From an uncultured Oscillospiraceae bacterium (GTDB taxonomy: Bacteria; Bacillota; Clostridia; Oscillospirales; Oscillospiraceae): a stretch of DNA of 64,000 nucleotides. Within the stretch, counting starts at the first letter, position 1; the number at the start of each line of letters is the position of its first letter. The stretch covers positions 20,411 to 84,410 of the forward strand of contig CAZSRK010000001.1 of the NCBI GenBank assembly GCA_964609305.1, given 5' to 3'. Of this stretch, positions 28,772 to 38,372 are shown piece by piece. A model generated the notes under the pieces. The model did not search any database and was not told the origin of the DNA. It was given only the letters and a program-made list of their open reading frames with translations. The position numbers were made by a program, and so were the translations under genes.

Positions 28772-29710
28772 TTATTGCCTGATTATACGGGTCCCGGTCT
28801 CTCCCCGGACGCCGGCGCCGGCCTTTTCCAAAAGGGTTATCAGCGCCTCTCGCCCTTCGCCGCCACTCACGAACTGCACCGATGCCTCCATCTTCGGCAA
28901 CATTGAGCCCGTGCCAAACTGCCCCTCGAGCGCGTATTTCTCCGCCTGCTCCACTGTTATACAGTCGAGCTCCTGCTGGTCCTCCCGTCCAAAATTGATG
29001 CAGACCTTTTCTACCGCGGTCAGAATGATAAGTCGGTCGGCGCCGAGCTTATCGGCCAGCAGGGCCGAGGCAAAGTCCTTATCTATGACAGCCGCTGCGC
29101 CCTTGAGGTGATACCCCTCGGTGCGGAAGACCGGGATCCCGCCTCCGCCGCAGGCAATCACCACAAGACCCGCCTCGACCATGTCCCGGATGGAGTCTAT
29201 CTCTATTATGCGCCGCGGCATGGGAGAGGACACCACGCGGCGGTAGCCGCGGCCCGAATCCTCAATGACGGTATAGCCGCGCTCCTTCGTCAGGTGCCGC
29301 GCCTCCTCCGCCGTCATAAACGCGCCAATGGGTTTGGTGGGGTTCTGGAACGCGGGATCTTCCCTGTCGACCTCCACCTGCGTCAGGACAGTGGAAACAC
29401 CTTTGGATATCCCGCGCCCGAGCATCTCCTCGCGCAGGGCGTTTTGCAGGTCATAGCCAATGTAGCCCTGGCTCATCGCCACGCAGACGGACAGGGGGCA
29501 TGGTATATATTTCTCCGGATCGGAACGGGTCAGCTCCGTCATGGCCTGCTGGAGCATACCGACCTGCGGCCCGTTACCATGGGTTATTACTATGTCATGC
29601 CCGGCCTCTATAAGATCCGTTATTGCCCTTGCAGTCTGCTTGACCGCCTTCATCTGCTCCGGCAGGTTGGAGCCGAGGGCATTTCCCCCAAGCGCAATTA
29701 CTATCCTCAA
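28772..29710 (-). CDS. arcC: carbamate kinase
   Basis: MRIVIALGGNAL...VITHGNGPQVG...ACGGGGIPV are carbamate kinase signatures. It is the last gene of the ygeW operon, like E. coli yqeA. Confidence 0.9.
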   Translation of the reverse strand: MRIVIALGGNALGSNLPEQMKAVKQTARAITDLIEAGHDIVITHGNGPQVGMLQQAMTELTRSDPEKYIPCPLSVCVAMSQGYIGYDLQNALREEMLGRGISKGVSTVLTQVEVDREDPAFQNPTKPIGAFMTAEEARHLTKERGYTVIEDSGRGYRRVVSSPMPRRIIEIDSIRDMVEAGLVVIACGGGGIPVFRTEGYHLKGAAAVIDKDFASALLADKLGADRLIILTAVEKVCINFGREDQQELDCITVEQAEKYALEGQFGTGSMLPKMEASVQFVSGGEGREALITLLEKAGAGVRGETGTRIIRQ

Positions 29711-29721
29711 CTTTTTCTCCC

Positions 29722-30924
29722 TCAGCCATTGAGCGTCTGTCTCTCAACGCCCCACTCGTCAAGCTTTTCCAGCATTTTGGCCGGGTCTTTGACCTTTGCA
29801 AGGAAGATCATCGCCGCGATTATATACGGCTTGAAGCCGGCCTGCTTATAAAGAGGCACGCGGTAACGGTCAAAGACGGAGCCGACCACCTCGCCCTCGG
29901 CGCAGGACACTCCGGTTATATCTGCCGGCAGGCAATGCAGATACAGCGCCTTGCCCCCGCGCGTGAGCGCCATCATCTCCTCGGTGCACTCCCAGTCCCT
30001 GTGCTCGGAATTCTGCGCCAGAAGCTCCTTCTCCAATGCGTCTATTCCGTCAAAATCGCCGTTTCCGTAAAGCTCCGTGCGCTTTTCCATCGCGGCAAAG
30101 GGCGCCCAGCTCTTGGGATAGACGATGTCAGCATCCTTGAACGCCTCGGCCATGGAATTTGTCTTGGTAAACGAGCCGCCGGACTTTTCCGCGTTGGCCA
30201 GCGCAACCTGTTCTACCTCGGGCATTACCTCATAGCCCTCCGGATGGGCCAGCACAACGTCCATGCCGAAGCGTGTGAACAGGCCGATGACACCCTGAGG
30301 CACGGACAGAGGTTTGCCGTAGCTGGGCGAATATGCCCAGGTCATTGCAATTTTTTTACCCTTGAGGTTTTCCACGCCGCCGAACTCATGGATCACATGC
30401 AGCAGGTCGGCCATGGTCTGGGTCGGGTGGTCGATGTCGCACTGAAGGTTCACCAGCACCGGGCGCTGCTTGAGCACGCCGTCCTCATACCCCTCTCTGA
30501 CCGCATCGGAAACGGATTTCTGATAGGTATGGCCCTTGCCTATGTACATATCGTCGCGGATGCCTATCACATCGGCCATGAAGGAAATCATGTTCGCAGT
30601 CTCCCTCACAGTCTCCCCATGTGCTATCTGGCTCTTGCCCTCGTCAAGATCCTGCACCTGCAGGCCAAGGAGGTTGCAGGCCGATGCAAAGGAAAATCGC
30701 GTGCGGGTGGAGTTGTCGCGGAAGTTGGATATGCCGAGTCCGGAATCAAATATCCTGCAGGATATGTTGCGCTCACGCAGGTTGCGCAGGGCGTCGGCCA
30801 CGGCGAAAACGGCGTCCAGCTCGTCGTCGGTCTTGTCCCAGGTGAGGAAAAAGTCCTCGCCATACATGTCCTTGCAGTCGAGTTTTTTGAGCCTTTCCAC
30901 AAGCTTTTTGAGTTTTGCGTCCAT
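29722..30924 (-). CDS. ygeW: YgeW-type (knotted) carbamoyltransferase
   Basis: The start at MDAKLKKLVERL follows AAGGAGAG. DNSTRTRFSFASA is the carbamoyl-phosphate site, and DIDHPTQTMADLLH and HCLPADITG are also present. The overall pattern matches YgeW rather than OTC or ATC. Confidence 0.8.
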   Translation of the reverse strand: MDAKLKKLVERLKKLDCKDMYGEDFFLTWDKTDDELDAVFAVADALRNLRERNISCRIFDSGLGISNFRDNSTRTRFSFASACNLLGLQVQDLDEGKSQIAHGETVRETANMISFMADVIGIRDDMYIGKGHTYQKSVSDAVREGYEDGVLKQRPVLVNLQCDIDHPTQTMADLLHVIHEFGGVENLKGKKIAMTWAYSPSYGKPLSVPQGVIGLFTRFGMDVVLAHPEGYEVMPEVEQVALANAEKSGGSFTKTNSMAEAFKDADIVYPKSWAPFAAMEKRTELYGNGDFDGIDALEKELLAQNSEHRDWECTEEMMALTRGGKALYLHCLPADITGVSCAEGEVVGSVFDRYRVPLYKQAGFKPYIIAAMIFLAKVKDPAKMLEKLDEWGVERQTLNG

Positions 30925-30946
30925 CTTTGTGACTCTCCTTTGTTTT

Positions 30947-32359
30947 TTATTTGATGTCATTGCCGGTCAGCGCGGCACGAAACTGCGTGGCGTCCTGCGT
31001 CCCTTCCTCCCGCCTGTACAGCCCGGGTACCGCCGCATACACCGCCGCGCAGGTGACCAGGTCCTGCTTCCAGGTTATCTCGTTCGGCGCGTGCGCCCAG
31101 CTCTCCGCGCCGGGACCAAAGCCAACGCAGGGAATACCATAGCGGCCCTGTATGGACACGCCGTTTGTTGAAAAGGTCCACTTGTCGGTCAACGGCCGGC
31201 CGCGGCGCAGATGCATCGCGTCGCGGTAATTATCCTCATCGGCATAGCCGATGCGCTCTTCGCCGAACATGGCGCGGTGCGCCTGTGCGAGCGCCTGCAC
31301 ATGTGCGGAGGTCTGCCTGTTTATCCAGGTCGGGAAATAGCATTCGGTCTCATATACCTCGCCTGTCCAGCTCGGCCGGTCGTACATATACATGGATACC
31401 GTGACGTCCTGTCCGTACTTTTTGACGGCGGGCAGCGCGCGTATCTCGTCCAGACAGGAATCCCAGGTTTCGCCGGCGGTCATACGCCTGTCTATCGACA
31501 CGGAGCAGGAGTCGGCCACCGCACAGCGGCTCGGGCTTGTAAAGAAGATCTCGCTGACCGTGCAGGTACCCCGGCCCAGAAAGCGCGCATCCTGCCAGTG
31601 TTCCGGGTTGTATTCCGGCTCCAGCATCTTTACAAGGCCCTTGATCTCCACGCTGTCATCCGCCGGGTTTTCGTTCAGCGCTCGCACGTCCTGAAGAATA
31701 TCCGCCATTTTATATATCGCGTTGTCGCCGCGCTCCGGCGCGCTGCCGTGGCAGGATACGCCCCTGACGTCGACGCGTATCTCCATGCGTCCGCGGTGGC
31801 CGCGGTATATGCCGCCGTCGGTCGGCTCCGTCGAAATGACAAATTCGATCCTGCTTCTCGCGTCCTCGGGTCCGTCAAAGTACTTGTTGACGATGTACTG
31901 CCAGCACATGCCGTCGCAGTCCTCCTCCTGTACGGAGCCGACGACCATGAGCCTGTATTCCTCGGGTATCAGGTCGAGATCTTTCATTATCTTCGCGCCG
32001 TACACGGCGGAGGCCATGCCCCCCTCCTGGTCGCTGCCGCCGCGGCCGTAGATTATCTCGTTGTCCTCCCAGCCCTCGTAGGGGTCGGCGCTCCAGTTGT
32101 CGATATTGCCGATGCCGACGGTGTCGATGTGGGAGTCGATGGCGATTATCCTGTCCCCATCGCCCATCCAGCCGATTACGTTGCCGAGCCCGTCGACCTC
32201 CACTTTGTCGAAGCCGAGCTTTTCCATCTCCGCCTTTATACAGGCGACGACCTCTCCCTCGTGGCAGCTCTCGCTCGGAAGCCTTATCATCGCGCGCAGG
32301 AACGCGCTCATGTCCTCCCGGTATCCCTTAGCAGCCGCCTTTATCGCTTCAAAATCCAT
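30947..32359 (-). CDS. ygeY: YgeY-like M20-family amidohydrolase
   Basis: [20 protein letters not shown] and EEDCDG are M20 metal and catalytic motifs. It is adjacent to ygeW and ygfK, as in the E. coli yge/ygf region. Confidence 0.8.
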   Translation of the reverse strand: MDFEAIKAAAKGYREDMSAFLRAMIRLPSESCHEGEVVACIKAEMEKLGFDKVEVDGLGNVIGWMGDGDRIIAIDSHIDTVGIGNIDNWSADPYEGWEDNEIIYGRGGSDQEGGMASAVYGAKIMKDLDLIPEEYRLMVVGSVQEEDCDGMCWQYIVNKYFDGPEDARSRIEFVISTEPTDGGIYRGHRGRMEIRVDVRGVSCHGSAPERGDNAIYKMADILQDVRALNENPADDSVEIKGLVKMLEPEYNPEHWQDARFLGRGTCTVSEIFFTSPSRCAVADSCSVSIDRRMTAGETWDSCLDEIRALPAVKKYGQDVTVSMYMYDRPSWTGEVYETECYFPTWINRQTSAHVQALAQAHRAMFGEERIGYADEDNYRDAMHLRRGRPLTDKWTFSTNGVSIQGRYGIPCVGFGPGAESWAHAPNEITWKQDLVTCAAVYAAVPGLYRREEGTQDATQFRAALTGNDIK

Positions 32360-32378
32360 AAATTTCCCTCCTTTTGTA

Positions 32379-35351
32379 TCAGTAAACCAGCCAACTGTAA
32401 TTATTTATGACGGCCCGGACCATATCTCCGGCCATATCAGGTATCTCATCAAGCGTATATTCGTTAGTTCCTTCTCCGATACGGACAAGTATCTGATTAT
32501 TTTCAAGAATAAGGAAACCGGGATTTTCACTGCTGTCAAAGTCCTCGCGCGTTGAAAAGAGTGTGAACTTCGTGCGGTACGGCCCGCCAACATAGGGGCA
32601 GAAGACCTCACAGTTGCCGCACTCGTTGCACATGGCGTCAACATGAAGTATCTGCCGCGCGCCGTTTACAGTCACGGCGATGTTTGCCCTGTTCGGACAT
32701 ACCTCACAGCAGGTCTCGCAGACGGTCGGGCACTCAAGGCAGCGGTAGGAATTGCTGACGTTATCAAGATCAGTGGCAAGATACCCGCGCTTGAACCTTG
32801 CAGACGTATCGTCAGGAGCAGCGTTTATCTCTTCATATTTTGACAGGTCGAGTCCGGCGATTGCCTGCACCGCCGCCGTCGCGCCTGCGATCGCCTCGAC
32901 GACTGTCTTGGGGCCGGTCCTCGCGTCGCCGGCGAGCCAGACTCCCTTAACATTAGTGCTTCCATCGGCATTGCAGACGGGCCTTCCCCGCTTGTCAAGC
33001 TCGATACCGAAACGGGAATAGAGCTCGCTGTCGGTACGCTCCCCGACAGCGGCGATGACGACGTCCGCGTCGACGTCCTGCGTCTGGCCGGTCGCGACAG
33101 GGCTGCGGCGGCCGCTGGAGTCCGGCTCGCCCAGACGCATGACCTGACAGGTCAGTTTGCCATCCCTCACCCCGACGGGCGCCAGCAGCGGCCGGAACTC
33201 GACGCCTTCGTGCATCGCCTCGACAAGTTCCTCCTCGTCGGCGGGCATGTTGCGCACATCCCGGCGATAGACGAGCGATACCTTCTCAACACCGCGGCAG
33301 CGCAGCGCGGCGCGTGCGGCGTCCATGGCGGTATTGCCTCCGCCGACTATGACAACGTTTTTACCGGGCTGAAGCGCCTCGCCCCGGGTCTTGAAATCAC
33401 GAAGAAATTCGATGACATTCCTCGCCTCGCCGTACTCCAGCCCGAGCTTTCCGGGATTCCATGCTCCTGTTGCGATAATAATGGTCTCAAAGCCAAGGGC
33501 TGCTATCTCATTTGGAGAATTTATCTCTCTGCCCGTTATGAACTCGACGCCCAGCGCCCGACAGAGCTCGAGGTCCCGATCAACCGTCTCTTCGCTGATG
33601 CGGAAGGAGGGAATTACGTTCCTGACGATGCCTCCGGGCTTTTCCAGGCGCTCGAATACCGTCGCCTTAAAACCCGCGCGGGCCAGGAAAAAAGCGCAGG
33701 ATATGCCGGCGGGGCCGCCGCCTATGATACCCACCTTTCGGCCGTTTGGCGCGGCTGGCCTGATCTCATTCAGAAGCTCTGCCTGCCCGTTCAGGGCGCT
33801 TTCAAGCTTGACGGCGCGGATGTCTACCGGCGCCTCATAGTGGTTTCTCATGCACTTGTTCATGCAGGTATGCGGGCAGATGGTGCCCGTGATGTTCGGC
33901 AGAGGGTTACGCTCGGTTATAACACGCAGCGCCTCGAGGTATCGTCCCTCTCCTGCCAGTCGCAGGTATGCGGGTATATCCTGATTTATCGGGCAGGTAC
34001 GGTGACAGGGTGCGGTAAAGCAGTCGAAGACAGGAAGCTGCTGCTCCAGCCTGCGCGAGGGCAGGGGCTTTACCGGCTTGCGGTAATGCCCGTCCTGCAA
34101 AGCCGCCGCGGCAAGAGCCGAGACCTTTTCCGTGCTTACCTTCTCAAATGGAACGTATTCCACATCCGCCATCATATCCGCAAGCTGGCACAGCCTGTTG
34201 TATCCGCCGGATTTGAGCAGCGTCGTGGCCATGGTTATGGGCCAGATGCCCGCGTTGAACAGATCCTCAATATTAAACGCATCCGCTCCCCCGCAGTAGC
34301 TTATCCGGAGCTTTCCATCAAATTCCGCGGCGAGCCGGCTGCACAGCTCTACCGTGAGCGGATACAGGCTCCTGCCGGACATATACATCTCCTCGGCCGG
34401 GAGCTCACCCTGCGTGACCTTGACGGGAAACGTGTTCGTGAGCTTGACCCCGAAGCTCAGGCCATGGCTTTCGGCCAGCGCCATGAGCCGGCGGAACATC
34501 GGCACCGCATCGGCATACTGCAGATCGTCGTTGAAGTGGAAATCGTCAAAGGCCATGTAATCGAAGCCCAGCGAATCAAGCGTTGAACGGGCAAATTTAT
34601 ATCCGAGCAGCGTGGGGTTGCATTTCACGAAAGTGTTGAGCTTTTTTCTCTCAACAAGATATGTCGCAATGCTTTCTATCTCTTTTGGAGGACATCCGTG
34701 CAGTGTAGAGAGGGTTATGCCGGAGCAGATACGCGGGGAAATACTGTCGATATAGTCCCAGCTTACCTTGTAGAAGCTGGAGAGATTGCCTTTGGCCCAG
34801 GACATACACTCCTGCCAGACGGCGGAGCCGGACGCGTCCCTGAGCCCCTCTATGAAAGCGTCTATCTTCGGCGACTGTATTCCGGCCAGGTCGTATCCTA
34901 CGGACATGTTGAACATGAACCCGTCCGGACGGCCGAGGCCGAATTCCAGTGAGATGAGCTTGAGCACAAACCAGGCCTTGACATACTCGTCGAACGCCTC
35001 CTGTACGGTCAGCTCGGTCGACCACTCGCAGTTATAGGCCTCGTCGCCGGAGGCGATGCAGGGCTTGTTTACACATGCGGCCAGCTCCCGTCCATCCACG
35101 GTCTGGACAGTCTTGAGCTCGAAAAAACGTCCGCCGGCGACATAGGCTGCGACTATGTTCTGCGCAAGCTGCGTATTCGGGCCTGCTGCGGGGCCGAAGG
35201 GCGTCTCCAGTTTCTCTCCGAACAGCTCCAGTGTCCGGCCGGGGGCCCTGTGCAGCTTTGAAACCCCGAAGACCGTGCCCTGGCTGCGGTATTCGGCGAG
35301 GATATGGGTCATCAGTTTTTCAAATGGTATCGGTTTCATTATATCGCTCAT
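32379..35351 (-). CDS. ygfK: YgfK-like Fe-S flavoprotein oxidoreductase (DPD-like barrel, GltD-like FAD/NAD(P) domains, ferredoxin domain)
   Basis: The 990-aa product has two dinucleotide folds ([21 protein letters not shown] and [15 protein letters not shown]). The C-terminus carries cysteine clusters [19 protein letters not shown] and [12 protein letters not shown]. Confidence 0.85.
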   Translation of the reverse strand: MSDIMKPIPFEKLMTHILAEYRSQGTVFGVSKLHRAPGRTLELFGEKLETPFGPAAGPNTQLAQNIVAAYVAGGRFFELKTVQTVDGRELAACVNKPCIASGDEAYNCEWSTELTVQEAFDEYVKAWFVLKLISLEFGLGRPDGFMFNMSVGYDLAGIQSPKIDAFIEGLRDASGSAVWQECMSWAKGNLSSFYKVSWDYIDSISPRICSGITLSTLHGCPPKEIESIATYLVERKKLNTFVKCNPTLLGYKFARSTLDSLGFDYMAFDDFHFNDDLQYADAVPMFRRLMALAESHGLSFGVKLTNTFPVKVTQGELPAEEMYMSGRSLYPLTVELCSRLAAEFDGKLRISYCGGADAFNIEDLFNAGIWPITMATTLLKSGGYNRLCQLADMMADVEYVPFEKVSTEKVSALAAAALQDGHYRKPVKPLPSRRLEQQLPVFDCFTAPCHRTCPINQDIPAYLRLAGEGRYLEALRVITERNPLPNITGTICPHTCMNKCMRNHYEAPVDIRAVKLESALNGQAELLNEIRPAAPNGRKVGIIGGGPAGISCAFFLARAGFKATVFERLEKPGGIVRNVIPSFRISEETVDRDLELCRALGVEFITGREINSPNEIAALGFETIIIATGAWNPGKLGLEYGEARNVIEFLRDFKTRGEALQPGKNVVIVGGGNTAMDAARAALRCRGVEKVSLVYRRDVRNMPADEEELVEAMHEGVEFRPLLAPVGVRDGKLTCQVMRLGEPDSSGRRSPVATGQTQDVDADVVIAAVGERTDSELYSRFGIELDKRGRPVCNADGSTNVKGVWLAGDARTGPKTVVEAIAGATAAVQAIAGLDLSKYEEINAAPDDTSARFKRGYLATDLDNVSNSYRCLECPTVCETCCEVCPNRANIAVTVNGARQILHVDAMCNECGNCEVFCPYVGGPYRTKFTLFSTREDFDSSENPGFLILENNQILVRIGEGTNEYTLDEIPDMAGDMVRAVINNYSWLVY

Positions 35352-35370
35352 AATCTACCTCCTGTCGGGC

Positions 35371-36702
35371 TTAGCCGTTGAGCTCTTTCCAGAGCTTGTC
35401 CGCACTCGCCCGTATATGGGCGTTTATCGCTTCCTCATCGATATTCACGAGCTCTCGGTCGCGCATGAGCACCTTTCCGTTTACGACGGTGGTCTGGCAC
35501 TGTCGGCCGGTCATGCCGAATATCATGTGCCCGTCTATATTCGCGTCGGAGAACTGGGTAAAGGGCTTATAGTCCATGACGATGACGTCTGCGGCAGCGC
35601 CCTCGGATAGTATGCCCAGCGGTTTTCCGAAGTGGCGCGAGGCGATGGCCGGGTTGTTTCTGAACATTGCCCCCGTTACCTCCGTCCATGCGACGCCGGG
35701 CAGACAGGCGTTGTGCCGCTGGATGATGAGCGCGACTTTCAGGCTCTCGAGCATGTCGTGGGTATAGGCGTCCGTGCCCAGACCGACAGTTATGCCCTTT
35801 TTGCACATCTGGAGCACCGGCGAGCAGCCGACGGCATTGCCCATATTGGACTCCGGATTATTCACGACCGCCGTGTTCGTCTCTTTTATCAATTCCATCT
35901 CCGCAGTATTTATATGTATGCAGTGGCCAAGCAGCGTACGCTCGCCGAGTATACCGTGGTCATGCAGGCGCTGGACAGGACGGCGGCCATAATTTTGCAG
36001 GCTGTCATATACGTCGTTCATCCCCTCCGAGACATGGATGTGGTAACCCATGAGGCCGTTGTTCTCCTGTACGCAGCGCTCAAAGGTCTTGTCGGAGAGT
36101 GTGAAGAGCGCATGCATGCCGAACATCGGCTTTATCATGTCGCTGTTCTGCTCGATTGCCCATCTGCCAAACTCGACGTTCTCACGTATCGCCTGAAGGC
36201 ACTTCTCCTCCCCGTCACGGTCGGACACCTCGTAGCACAGGCAGGCGCGCTCGCCCAGCTCCTTTGCAACGTCGGCTATCGCAAAAAGTGATCCGGGGAT
36301 CTCCGCATAGCTGGCGTGATGGTCAAATATGGTCGTCACTCCCTGCTTTATACAGTCGATGATCGTCGCATAGGCGCTCGCGCGCGTGCCCTCGATGGTC
36401 AGATGGCGGTCAATGTTCCACCACATCCCGTCGAGCACTTCGAAAAAGTTCGTCGGCGCATACCCGTTTATGGACAGGCCGCGGGCCAGCGCGCTGTAAA
36501 TATGCGTGTGCGCGTTTATAAAGCCGGGCATTATCACACCTCCGCGCGCGTCGACGAACTCAGCGCCGAGATACTTCTGGCGTATCTGTGAAAAATCGCC
36601 GACCTCCACGATGGTATCCCCGTTGCAGGCGACCGCACCGTCCTCAAAATACGGTTTTTTCTCATCCCTTGTAATGACTTTTCCGTTTCCTATTATGAGC
36701 AT
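35371..36702 (-). CDS. ssnA: SsnA-like amidohydrolase
   Basis: The start at MLIIGNGKV follows GGAGG. It has the metal-binding motif PGFINAHTHIYS and lies immediately upstream of ygfK, as in E. coli. Confidence 0.8.
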   Translation of the reverse strand: MLIIGNGKVITRDEKKPYFEDGAVACNGDTIVEVGDFSQIRQKYLGAEFVDARGGVIMPGFINAHTHIYSALARGLSINGYAPTNFFEVLDGMWWNIDRHLTIEGTRASAYATIIDCIKQGVTTIFDHHASYAEIPGSLFAIADVAKELGERACLCYEVSDRDGEEKCLQAIRENVEFGRWAIEQNSDMIKPMFGMHALFTLSDKTFERCVQENNGLMGYHIHVSEGMNDVYDSLQNYGRRPVQRLHDHGILGERTLLGHCIHINTAEMELIKETNTAVVNNPESNMGNAVGCSPVLQMCKKGITVGLGTDAYTHDMLESLKVALIIQRHNACLPGVAWTEVTGAMFRNNPAIASRHFGKPLGILSEGAAADVIVMDYKPFTQFSDANIDGHMIFGMTGRQCQTTVVNGKVLMRDRELVNIDEEAINAHIRASADKLWKELNG

Positions 36703-36898
36703 TGCGACTTTACCTCCTCGATGCTTTTCCATCAAAAAGGGCGTCCACCTTTCGTGAACGCCCTTTCACGCGGCAGCAAAACGGCTTCAGCCTGCTCAAA
36801 GAGCGGGAGTATCAGCCCGTGCGCGAAGCACTTCGTTACAGCCGAAGAATATATTACCTGTATATCTGATTTTACCATCACTGTGTATTCCATTGCAA
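36703..36898 (-). promoter_or_regulatory. promoter plus about 165-nt structured leader ending in an intrinsic terminator, upstream of ssnA (candidate riboswitch or attenuator, class unknown)
   Basis: On the minus strand: TTGCAA (36893-36898), an 18-nt spacer, then TGgTAAAAT (-10 at 36869-36874). Several local hairpins follow. The terminator AAGGGCGTTCAC-GAAA-GGTGGACGCCCTT plus TTTTG (about 36731-36767) lies only about 25 nt before the ssnA RBS. A competing hairpin CGTGAA-AGGGCG-TTCACG overlaps the terminator 5' arm. Confidence 0.5.
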
Positions 36899-36906
36899 TA
36901 GCCAAA

Positions 36907-38169
36907 TCAAAAAATTCTTTTTCCGGACACAAATTTTGCGCAGCAGTCCTCTCCGCGGGAGAGGAAAATGAACCGCTCGAGACGCTCGCGCATCGAATAG
37001 GGCCGATTTGTACCGAACCTCGCCTCGTCGGCGACGACGGCGTCGAACTCAAACCCCTCGCAGAAAGCGCCGGTGTCTCCGAAGAACGCGCCTGCTCCGC
37101 GTGTCGCGAGATAGAACACCTCGTTGCAGCCGAGCGCTGCCTCCGGCTCCGAGCACAGCCTTGCGCGCAGTTTTGACGCTCGCATCGCCTCGCGCATCGC
37201 CTCGTTTATATCAAGGCTTTCTCCGCCGGATATGTCCGTACCCAGGCCGATGTTGACCCCCGCCTCGAGATATCGGCGCACGGGGGCGACGCCGCTTTTG
37301 ATATTGGAGTTGGAGCTGGGGCAATGGGCGATGAATGCGCCGCGCTGGAGCATAAGCTCAGTCTCCCGCCGGTCGTTATAAAGACAGTGCGCCATAACCG
37401 TCCTGTCCGTCAGCAGCCCGAAGCCGTCATATACGTCGGCATAATCCAGTGCGGAGGGGAAGAGCCTTTTGACCCACTCTATTTCGTCGTGCGTCTCGTC
37501 CAGATGTGACTGGACATACAGCCCCCGCCCGCGCACGAGCTCTCCCAGCCGGCGCAGCAGCTCATCCGTGCAGCTGGGCGCAAAGCGCGGGGTTATTATG
37601 GGTTTTGTGTTTTCAAACCCGGCGCAGCCGTCCAGCCAGCGCAAAGTCTCGCGCATCGAGCTGTTCGCGTCTTTCTCCCTCAGGAAATCGGGACAGTTCC
37701 TGTCCATGTTTACCTTTCCAACCAGGGTATGCAGCCCGCTCTCCTCCAGAAGACGCATGAGAAGCAAAGTCGCGGGCACATGCACCGTTGCGAATATGGC
37801 CGCCCGGGTCGTGAATCCCCGCCGGAGCTCTCCGACGAACGCGGCGTAGACCTTTTCGGCATACTGCATGTCCTCAAACTTTGCCTCTTCGGGAAAGGTC
37901 AGGCCGTCGAGCCACTGTATGAGCTCATGGTCCATGCCCAGTCCGAGGTCGGCATACTGGCTGGCATGGGTATGCAGATCGGAAAAGCCCGGCATCACGA
38001 ACTTTCCGGAAAAATCCAAAATGGGCAGTCCGGAATATCTCTCCGGCAGGGATCGAAACAATCCGGCGCAGCGCCCATCTTCACAGACAAGGAAAGAATC
38101 CTCCGAAAATTCGGCGCCTTTAGGTGTCGGCGCATGCACTATGTCGCCGCGCAGAACAAAATCCTTCAT
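36907..38169 (-). CDS. guaD: amidohydrolase-superfamily guanine-deaminase-like enzyme
   Basis: The start at MKDFVLRGDIVH follows ACGGAGG (the track ORF extends to 38328). Motifs are PGFSDLHTHASQ, HLDETHDEIEWV and GLGTDISGG. Confidence 0.65.
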   Translation of the reverse strand: MKDFVLRGDIVHAPTPKGAEFSEDSFLVCEDGRCAGLFRSLPERYSGLPILDFSGKFVMPGFSDLHTHASQYADLGLGMDHELIQWLDGLTFPEEAKFEDMQYAEKVYAAFVGELRRGFTTRAAIFATVHVPATLLLMRLLEESGLHTLVGKVNMDRNCPDFLREKDANSSMRETLRWLDGCAGFENTKPIITPRFAPSCTDELLRRLGELVRGRGLYVQSHLDETHDEIEWVKRLFPSALDYADVYDGFGLLTDRTVMAHCLYNDRRETELMLQRGAFIAHCPSSNSNIKSGVAPVRRYLEAGVNIGLGTDISGGESLDINEAMREAMRASKLRARLCSEPEAALGCNEVFYLATRGAGAFFGDTGAFCEGFEFDAVVADEARFGTNRPYSMRERLERFIFLSRGEDCCAKFVSGKRIF

Positions 38170-38372
38170 CAATACCGCCTCCGTTTTTGCCGCCATCCTG
38201 CTCCGGAACGGCGGATATATGCCCCTGCGCCCGTGCCCCATCCGGCATGAGAATGGCGCATATAATAAAATTGCGCAATATATTTTATCATATACGCCGG
38301 AGCAAAACAACTTGTGTTCGTCTGCCATTTATCGTATACTTGACTCAACCAGATAATTCGGGAGGATGTATC

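Noticed and set aside
28772-38169. Selenocysteine (in-frame TGA) or SECIS elements in the YgeY/YgfK 'selenium-linked' genes.
   Set aside because: All of these ORFs are continuous without internal stops, so nothing in the sequence calls for recoding.
38170-38328. The N-terminal 53-aa extension of the guanine-deaminase-like ORF. Similar extensions occur at the starts of arcA (58544-58705), hppA (45464-45547), ABC subunit 1 (20076-20258) and ygeW (30925-30960).
   Set aside because: These extensions lack RBSs and family homology. Internal starts preceded by GGAGG-type RBSs give family-typical lengths.
38170-38372. A purine (guanine/adenine/xanthine-type) riboswitch in the guaD / PLP-gene divergent region and upstream of ade (45548-45728).
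   Set aside because: No three-way junction with the conserved J1/2 UAUA, loop GGAUAUGG / CCGGGC or J3/1 CCGACUA elements could be found on either strand. Only promoters and small hairpins are evident.
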